24,000 nt of DNA. It comes from Aquificaceae bacterium. GTDB lineage: Bacteria; Aquificota; Aquificia; Aquificales; Aquificaceae. The notes beneath the pieces are model-generated. The model did not search any database and was not told the DNA's origin. It saw nothing but the letters and a program-made list of their open reading frames with translations. The stretch covers positions 1 to 24,000 of the forward strand of contig JALWEG010000017.1 of NCBI GenBank assembly GCA_027014155.1. Reading direction: 5' to 3'. The position numbers were made by a program, and so were the translations under genes. Of this stretch, positions 16,918 through 22,631 are shown piece by piece. Position 1 is the stretch's first letter. Each line of letters opens with the position of its first letter.

Positions 16918-17475
16918 CTACTTTTCTGTTTTTTTGTCTTTATTACCCAACAGGTCTAAAACCCCACCGCGCTTGCCATTGTTCTTACCAACTTCTGTAT
17001 TTTTGTCCAAAAGGTCCAAAACTTCCGTGGTTATGTCCAAGTCCCCCCTGTAGATTAATACCCCGCAATCAAAGACGGCGGAGTATCCGTTTTCTTTGGA
17101 GAGCTTTTTAACCACCTCTTTTACCCTGTTGTAAACCATGTTCTCAAGCCTCTCCTTGAGAGAGGTCAGCTCCATCTGAGCCTTCTCTTGAAGCTCCCTT
17201 GCCTCGGCCTCTATCTTCTGATACTCCTTTATCTTCTCCTCCCTCTTCTTCTTGGATATGGCCTTGCTCTCTATCTGCTTCTTCAGCTCTTCCAGCTTCT
17301 TCTCCTTCTCGCTTATCTTCTTCTGATACTCAATGAGCTTTTCCCTAAGCTCCGACTGGGCGTTTGCCACCAACTTAGATTCCTTTAGAATCCTACCCGT
17401 GTCCACGCAGGCTATATTGCTCTGGGAGAAGGATACGCCCACCAGTATAGCGAGCACCGCCAAAAGTCTAACCAT
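16918..17475 (-). CDS. skp: Periplasmic chaperone Skp/OmpH family
   Basis: 185 aa. Signal peptide MVRLLAVLAILVGVSFS, then IACVDTGRILKES… and a long K/E-rich helical region typical of OmpH. It lies immediately upstream of lpxD, as in most diderms. Confidence 0.85.
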   Translation of the reverse strand: MVRLLAVLAILVGVSFSQSNIACVDTGRILKESKLVANAQSELREKLIEYQKKISEKEKKLEELKKQIESKAISKKKREEKIKEYQKIEAEARELQEKAQMELTSLKERLENMVYNRVKEVVKKLSKENGYSAVFDCGVLIYRGDLDITTEVLDLLDKNTEVGKNNGKRGGVLDLLGNKDKKTEK

Positions 17476-17492
17476 CTTTACCTCCTACAAGC

Positions 17493-17900
17493 TTAATTGC
17501 TAAGTAAGTAGTATATCAGCCAGCCCGTCCCCGCAACGTAAATCCAGACACCCGCCGTTATGGGCGCTATCTTTTTGTGTTTATCAATCCTGTCCTTCAA
17601 CCCGAAGTACAGGGTTGCCACCACCAAGGGTAAGTTTATTATAGATAGAATCGTGTGAGACCAAAGGACGAAGAGATAAAAGGTCCGATTATCACCCTGA
17701 TAGGGTCTGGGGGGGTACAGAGAGGACTTGATAAGGTATACGATTACGAAGAGTAGAGCTAAGAATGAAGCGGTCAGCATCGCTTTCCTGTGAAGCTCTC
17801 TCTTCCCCAACTTTATCAGGACTATACCGGAGATTACCGACAGCCCGCTGATGGCTATGACCGTAGCGCTGAGAAGGCTCAGCAGATTGTAAAGCTCCAT
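17493..17900 (-). CDS. 4-TM membrane protein, DUF420-like (CtaM-type family, tentative)
   Basis: 135 aa with four hydrophobic helices and conserved-looking His residues (ELHRKAM, LWSHTIL), as in DUF420. The family call is from memory of the pattern, not from a search. Confidence 0.75.
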   Translation of the reverse strand: MELYNLLSLLSATVIAISGLSVISGIVLIKLGKRELHRKAMLTASFLALLFVIVYLIKSSLYPPRPYQGDNRTFYLFVLWSHTILSIINLPLVVATLYFGLKDRIDKHKKIAPITAGVWIYVAGTGWLIYYLLSN

Positions 17901-17901
17901 A

Positions 17902-18030
17902 TCACCTACCTAACATGGTCGCTATGACAAAGGTAAGAATATAGGTTATCAGGACGAAAAAGGCCAGCGTTAAGGCGATGGCTATGTTTATCTTGCGTGC
18001 CTTTTCCGCATTCTTGTGTTTTATCTGCAT
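17902..18030 (-). CDS. Unannotated micro-ORF: 42-aa single-TM peptide
   Basis: Own translation: MQIKHKNAEKARKINIAIALTLAFFVLITYILTFVIATMLGR*. A strong SD, AGGAGG (complement of 18038-18043), lies 7 nt before the ATG (18030). The TGA stop (17902-17904) is 1 nt from the ATG of the DUF420-like gene. It falls below the 60-aa cut-off of the ORF track. Confidence 0.6.
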   Translation of the reverse strand: MQIKHKNAEKARKINIAIALTLAFFVLITYILTFVIATMLGR

Positions 18031-18066
18031 GATTCCGCCTCCTGCCTTTGAAAGTTAAATCTAATT

Positions 18067-18174
18067 CTAATTCATTCTTTTGTCTTTCCTCGCCTTGGAC
18101 ATGCCCTTCCAGTAAGCCAAAAGTATGAGATGGATTACGATTAAGAAAAGGATTAGAGCTACCACGTCCGACAT
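18067..18174 (-). CDS. Unannotated micro-ORF: 35-aa single-TM peptide with a basic C-terminal tail
   Basis: Own translation: MSDVVALILFLIVIHLILLAYWKGMSKARKDKRMN*. The ATG (18174) lies 1 nt after the infC TAG stop (TAG-C-ATG). There is no clear SD (purine-rich AGAAAAAG only), so it would depend on translational coupling. It fills what would otherwise be the largest non-coding gap in the gene train. Confidence 0.45.
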   Translation of the reverse strand: MSDVVALILFLIVIHLILLAYWKGMSKARKDKRMN

Positions 18175-18175
18175 G

Positions 18176-18706
18176 CTACTTTTTCTTTTTGGGAATCAAC
18201 GAGAAGGTCAAGAAGGGTCCCTCCTTTTTGGGTTTGTTTTCTATGCTCCCCAGCTCTCCCACCTCTTGCATGATTCTCTGAATGAGCTTGTCCCCCAGCT
18301 CCGGGTGCGCGTGCTCCCTTCCCCTGAACCTTATCCTTATCCTGACCTTGTCCCCGTCCGAAAGAAACTCCTTTATGTGCTTTAGCTTCACCATGAGGTC
18401 ATGCTCGTCTATGCGAACGTTCATCTTTATGTCTTTGACCTCTATGGCGTGCTCCTTTTGCTTCTTTCTGGCCTCCTTCTCCTTCTTCTGCATCTCGTAC
18501 TTGAACTTCCCGTAGTCCAGAATCTTGCATACGGGGGGTCTCGCCTGAGGCGCTATCTCAACGAGGTCCAGCCCTTTCTCCTCCGCAAGCCTGAGAGCCT
18601 CTTCGGTAGGAACCACCCCTATCTGCTGGCCGTTCTCGTCTATGAGCCTGACCTCTCTGACCCTTATCTGATGGTTAACCCTGTATCTGTGCTTTCCCTT
18701 CTGCAT
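18176..18706 (-). CDS. infC: Translation initiation factor IF-3
   Basis: 176 aa. N-domain …INHQIRVREVRLIDENGQQIGVV…EEALRLAEEKGLDLVEI. C-domain …EVKDIKMNVRIDEHDLMVKLKHIKEFLSDGDKVRIRIRFRGREHAHPELG. The ATG start directly abuts the upstream TAA. A GAGGAGG SD lies within the upstream gene's last codons. Confidence 0.95.
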   Translation of the reverse strand: MQKGKHRYRVNHQIRVREVRLIDENGQQIGVVPTEEALRLAEEKGLDLVEIAPQARPPVCKILDYGKFKYEMQKKEKEARKKQKEHAIEVKDIKMNVRIDEHDLMVKLKHIKEFLSDGDKVRIRIRFRGREHAHPELGDKLIQRIMQEVGELGSIENKPKKEGPFLTFSLIPKKKK

Positions 18707-19102
18707 TTAGCCTCCTCTAAGCAAAAGTGCTGCCGATATAAAGAAGTTCAAAGTGAGCACAGCGGTAGAAAGGTAAGAAACCCTCCTGAACTTCACCCTC
18801 GCCGGCGAGTTGAACTCGTAATTCTCTATATTTCCCAAACGACCTTTGTAGCTCCTGAGCCAAGCAGATATGCCTACGTTTACCAAAAGCACTCCCAAAG
18901 GCAAAAGTCCCAGCCAGTTGCGGCTCAATATAAGATACACCAATAGGAGTAAAAAAGCAATCTTGTAAAATCTCCAGAGAATTCTGCCGTAGAGCCTTCC
19001 CGCCAAATCCTTGCCGAGGTCCGTCCTGAGCAATGTAGGTGCCACAACGAAGGTTATAAGGAATAGAGAACCTACGTAAAGGGAGAGAGCCAACTCCTTC
19101 AT
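18707..19102 (-). CDS. Integral membrane protein, DUF4149/TMEM205-like (tentative)
   Basis: 131 aa with about 4 hydrophobic helices. The N-terminal pattern (LSLYVGSLFLITFVVAPTLL…AGRLYGRILWRFY) resembles DUF4149. It is tightly coupled at both ends: an ATGA overlap upstream and TAAATG downstream. Confidence 0.7.
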   Translation of the reverse strand: MKELALSLYVGSLFLITFVVAPTLLRTDLGKDLAGRLYGRILWRFYKIAFLLLLVYLILSRNWLGLLPLGVLLVNVGISAWLRSYKGRLGNIENYEFNSPARVKFRRVSYLSTAVLTLNFFISAALLLRGG

Positions 19103-19206
19103 CTTCCCGCTTTTCTAAATTTGAGCTTTATAACCCTGAAGAGGAAGCCAGATAGGAAGAGAACCGTTATAAGTCCTATAATCGCGAGCAGGAGTATGTA
19201 TTTCAT
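19099..19206 (-). CDS. Unannotated micro-ORF: 35-aa single-TM peptide with a basic C-terminal tail
   Basis: Own translation: MKYILLLAIIGLITVLFLSGFLFRVIKLKFRKAGR*. Its ATG overlaps the diguanylate cyclase stop (ATGA, 19203-19206). Its TGA overlaps the ATG of the DUF4149-like gene (ATGA, 19099-19102). A GAGGTG SD-like element lies just upstream. Confidence 0.55.
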   Translation of the reverse strand: MKYILLLAIIGLITVLFLSGFLFRVIKLKFRKAGR

Positions 19207-20783
19207 AGCACCTCTACCCTGTTTTTACCCAACCTCTTGGCTCTGTAAAGAGCCTTGTCGGCTCTTATAAGCAGACTATCCACCGAATCTCCCGGCCTGT
19301 AGGCGGACGCACCTACGGAGACGCTTATGCCTATATGTTCGTTGAGTCTGTTGTTGCATATAACTTCGCATATCCTTTCGGATACCTTCTCAACCCTGCT
19401 CATATCTGAAGTGGGCAAGAGCACAACAAACTCGTCCCCACCCCACCTGCCTACCAGGTCCGACTTTCTTACCACGGATTGGAGTATCTTTGCCACGTGC
19501 TTCAGCGCTTCGTCCCCTACCACGTGGCCGTACGTATCGTTTATATCCTTGAAGTTGTCCAAGTCTATAACTATGAGGCCGAAGCCTGAACCCTCCCTCA
19601 TAGCTTTGTTCACCTCAACCTTCACGAACTCCTCCATAGCCCTTCTGTTGTACAGACCAGTCAGAGCGTCCCTCATGGAGAGCCACTCCAACTTCTTTTC
19701 GTATCTCTTCCTCTCGGATATGTCCATTACGGAGCCTATGCTGCAAAGCTTGCCTTTGTGCTTTACGAGGTTTGAGGTTATCTGCACCCACTTAATCCTT
19801 CCCCTCTTGGTCTTTATCCTGAGTTCGTAAGATTTGACGCCGGACTCCCCTTTTAGCCTCCTTTTGATAATCTCCCTCAGTTTCTCCTTGTCCTCTTCGT
19901 AGACCAAGTCCGCTATGTCTTCAAAGCGGGTAAGCTCGTTCACCGAATACTCCGTAATCTCCGCCAACCTTTGGTTGGCATACACGAGCCTAAAGTCGCA
20001 TCTTAAGAAGATACCTATGGGTGAGGCCTCGGATAGGGTCTTGAAGAGCTCCCACTCGTGATGTTTGTCGCTCACGTCAAGCAGATAGCCTACGTAGCTG
20101 GTTATATTTCCATCTTCGTCCCTAACGGGCACGGTGTAATCGTAAACCCATATATACACTCCGTATTTGGTTCTTAGTCTGTAGTCCTCGTGTTCCCAGT
20201 AAGGGACCCCGCTTTCAGAGTAAACCTTGACCTCGTGGGCTACCCTCTCTATGTCCTCGGGGTGTATCAACTCCCCGTAAGAGACCTTTCCTGTTATGAA
20301 CTCCTCTCTGCTGAAACCCAAAAGCTCTTCCACGTTCTTGCTGACGTAGCTTACAGGCCAGCCTTCCTCGTTCTTCCATACAAATACCACCACGGGTCCC
20401 TTCTCAAAGAGCCTCAGGTAGTAAAGGTTGTGGAAGAGGCCTATATCCTTTTGAATGCGGGTTATGTCCATGAAGACCTCGGCGTAAAGCTCTTCCGATA
20501 GGCTGTAGCTCTTAATCAGGAAAATCTTGTAGTTTCCCCTCAGATTTACTATATGAACGGAGAAGGAGCTTCTCTCATCGCCCTTAACCGCCTCTTTCAG
20601 AGGACAGATGAGCTCCTCCTGCTCGTCGCAGGGAGCTTGATTTCCGTATATGACCGAGTAGCACTTCTCTCCCTCTCCGCAGAAGACCTTCTTTGCCTGA
20701 GAGTTGGCAAACACTACACTGAGGTCTTTTCTGTTTATAACTACGACGGGGTCGTCAAAAAGCTCAAATAAGGAGAAATCCAT
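19203..20783 (-). CDS. Diguanylate cyclase: Cys-rich PAS-like domain, two PAS domains and a GGDEF domain with an intact I-site
   Basis: 526 aa. GGDEF motif RWGGDEFVVLLP (GGDEF codons at 19428-19442). RxxD I-site (RKSD, 19458-19469) lies 5 residues upstream of GGDEF. Two PAS-like modules (…PVVVFVWKNEEGWPVSYVSKNVEELLGFSREEF… and …SPIGIFLRCDFRLVYANQRLAEITEYS…). The N-terminal PAS-like module carries C35, C41, C52 and C60. Confidence 0.93.
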   Translation of the reverse strand: MDFSLFELFDDPVVVINRKDLSVVFANSQAKKVFCGEGEKCYSVIYGNQAPCDEQEELICPLKEAVKGDERSSFSVHIVNLRGNYKIFLIKSYSLSEELYAEVFMDITRIQKDIGLFHNLYYLRLFEKGPVVVFVWKNEEGWPVSYVSKNVEELLGFSREEFITGKVSYGELIHPEDIERVAHEVKVYSESGVPYWEHEDYRLRTKYGVYIWVYDYTVPVRDEDGNITSYVGYLLDVSDKHHEWELFKTLSEASPIGIFLRCDFRLVYANQRLAEITEYSVNELTRFEDIADLVYEEDKEKLREIIKRRLKGESGVKSYELRIKTKRGRIKWVQITSNLVKHKGKLCSIGSVMDISERKRYEKKLEWLSMRDALTGLYNRRAMEEFVKVEVNKAMREGSGFGLIVIDLDNFKDINDTYGHVVGDEALKHVAKILQSVVRKSDLVGRWGGDEFVVLLPTSDMSRVEKVSERICEVICNNRLNEHIGISVSVGASAYRPGDSVDSLLIRADKALYRAKRLGKNRVEVL

Positions 20784-20786
20784 ATT

Positions 20787-21635
20787 CTATATTATCTTTT
20801 CCGCGTGCCTGCACGCATGACACTGAACGTTCACCGCTACTGGTAGAGAGGCGATGTGGCAGGGATACATCTCAACCTTCACGTCTATGGCGGTTACGGT
20901 TCCTCCAAAGCCCATTGGCCCCAGCCCCAGCTTGTTTATGTCCTCCATAAGCTCTTCCTCCACTTTCCTTATGAGCGGGTCAGAATGCCTCTCTCCCACA
21001 GGTCTCAGTATGGCCTTTTTTGCAAGAATGGCCGAGTACTCAAAGTTGCCCCCTATGCCGACACCCACCGTCAGGGGTGGACATGCGTTGGGTCCTGCAA
21101 GCTTTACGGTCTCAAGTATGAACCTCTTCACACCCTCCCAGCCGTCCGCGGGCTTGAGCATCGCCAGCCGAGAGGTGTTTTCCGAGCCACCACCCTTGGG
21201 AGCCACCACTATCTTTATCCTGTCCCCCGGTACCACCTCGTAATGGATTACCGCGGGAGTGTTGTCCCCCGTGTTCTTCCTCTCAAATACGGGGTCCCAG
21301 ACCATAGAGGCCCTGAGCTTTCCTTCATCGGTAGCCCTTCTAACGCCTTCGTTGACCGCCTCCTGCAAGCTTCCACCTACCACCCTAACGTCCTGCCCTA
21401 TCTCTAAGAAAACGACGCTCACTCCCGTATCCTGACAGTAAGGCAGCTCCTCCTCGGCCGCCAGTCGTGCGTTAAGGAGTATCTGGGAGAGCACTTCCCT
21501 GCCCAGCTCCGACTCTTCCCTCTCAACGGCTCCCTTGAAAGCCATAACCGCCTCTTCGGGAAGCTCGTAGTTGGCCTTTATGGTAAGCTCCTTTACGGCC
21601 TCTATTATCTCATTTATATGAACCTCTCTAACCAC
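20787..21635 (-). CDS. fumA: Class I (Fe-S) fumarate hydratase, alpha subunit (two-subunit type); L(+)-tartrate dehydratase alpha not strictly excluded
   Basis: 282 aa from the Fe-S hydro-lyase alpha (Fumerase) family. Motifs: YCQDTG, KGGGSEN, GPNACPP, and the C-terminal CHIASLP…CHACRH Cys ligands. Its position directly downstream of mdh and aconitase favours fumarase. Confidence 0.88.
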   Translation of the reverse strand: MVREVHINEIIEAVKELTIKANYELPEEAVMAFKGAVEREESELGREVLSQILLNARLAAEEELPYCQDTGVSVVFLEIGQDVRVVGGSLQEAVNEGVRRATDEGKLRASMVWDPVFERKNTGDNTPAVIHYEVVPGDRIKIVVAPKGGGSENTSRLAMLKPADGWEGVKRFILETVKLAGPNACPPLTVGVGIGGNFEYSAILAKKAILRPVGERHSDPLIRKVEEELMEDINKLGLGPMGFGGTVTAIDVKVEMYPCHIASLPVAVNVQCHACRHAEKII

Positions 21636-22620
21636 CTAAGAACACCTCCGCAACTTCAATACTCTTTTTAACCGATTCAACCGACCTTTCCCACATCTGT
21701 CTCTCCTCTTCTATCATAGGCACTTTTATGATTTCTTCAACCCCATCGGAGCCCAACTTAACCGGAACCCCCACACAGAAGCCCTTAACTCCGTAATACT
21801 CGCCCGCCTCCCCGTCCAAATAGACAGAGCAGGGCAGTATCCTTCTGCTGTTGGTCACCAGAGCCTCAACCATGTCAACCACCGCAGCGGCGGGAGCGTA
21901 GTAGGCGGAAGTTCCCATCAGGTTAACTATCTCCCCTCCGCCGAATCTGGTTCTCTCTATGAGCTCGTGGAGTCTGTCCTTGGGTATCAAATCCTTTAGA
22001 GGTATCCCCCCGACGTTGGACATGGAAATCAGGGGCACCATCTCGTCCCCGTGTCCCCCTATAACGTAGGCGTGTATGTCCTTGGGCGACACCCTCAGCT
22101 CTTCGGCTATGAAGGTCTTAAACCTGGCCGAGTCAAGGACTCCGGCCATACCTATCACCCTGTTCTGGGGAAATCCGCTCAGCCTATAGGCGGCGTAAGT
22201 CATTATGTCCACCGGGTTGGTCACCACGATGAGTATGGCATCGGGGGAGTAGTGCCTGACCTTGGAGATTATAGTTGACAGGATTTTTACGTTGGTTTCC
22301 AGCAGGTCTTCTCTGCTCATTCCCGGCCTGCGGGGGAAGCCTGCGGTTATGACGACTATGTCGCTGTTGACTATGGGCTCGTAGCCCTCTCCCTCCGGAG
22401 ACACGGTGAAGCCGTCCACCTTGGAATCTATATCCATGGCGGCGACCATCTGCTTCATGTCAAGGGCTTTGCCTTTTACGGGTTCAAAGACCTTGTCCTC
22501 CGTCTGTCTGGGAATATCAAAGAGACGAACGTCAACCAAACCCTTAAGGAGTAAGAGGCTTGCGACGTGCTCCCCTACGTTTCCGGCTCCCACTATGGAC
22601 ACTACTTTTCTCTCAACCAT
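21628..22620 (-). CDS. mdh: Malate dehydrogenase (LDH-like family)
   Basis: 330 aa. Rossmann motif GAGNVG. TAGFPRRPGMSREDLL carries Arg at the substrate-discriminating position. VVTNPVD. Catalytic GGHGDEMVP. It overlaps the fumA start by 8 nt. Confidence 0.93.
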   Translation of the reverse strand: MVERKVVSIVGAGNVGEHVASLLLLKGLVDVRLFDIPRQTEDKVFEPVKGKALDMKQMVAAMDIDSKVDGFTVSPEGEGYEPIVNSDIVVITAGFPRRPGMSREDLLETNVKILSTIISKVRHYSPDAILIVVTNPVDIMTYAAYRLSGFPQNRVIGMAGVLDSARFKTFIAEELRVSPKDIHAYVIGGHGDEMVPLISMSNVGGIPLKDLIPKDRLHELIERTRFGGGEIVNLMGTSAYYAPAAAVVDMVEALVTNSRRILPCSVYLDGEAGEYYGVKGFCVGVPVKLGSDGVEEIIKVPMIEEERQMWERSVESVKKSIEVAEVFLGG

Positions 22621-22631
22621 ACCACACCTCC

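Noticed and set aside
16060-16959. Plus-strand ORFs (120, 170 and 76 aa) opposite lpxD
   Set aside because: The hexapeptide-repeat coding sequence is periodic and tends to stay open on the antisense strand. The ORFs have no motifs or RBS.
18125-18946. Plus-strand ORFs (86, 77 and 181 aa) opposite infC and the DUF4149-like gene
   Set aside because: They overlap the unmistakable IF-3 frame on the other strand. They are Leu-rich antisense shadows with no start signals.
20787-21635. Reading the Fe-S hydro-lyase alpha gene as L(+)-tartrate dehydratase TtdA
   Set aside because: The two families cannot be separated by eye. The tight chaining to mdh and aconitase favours fumarase. I keep the alternative as a caveat rather than the call.
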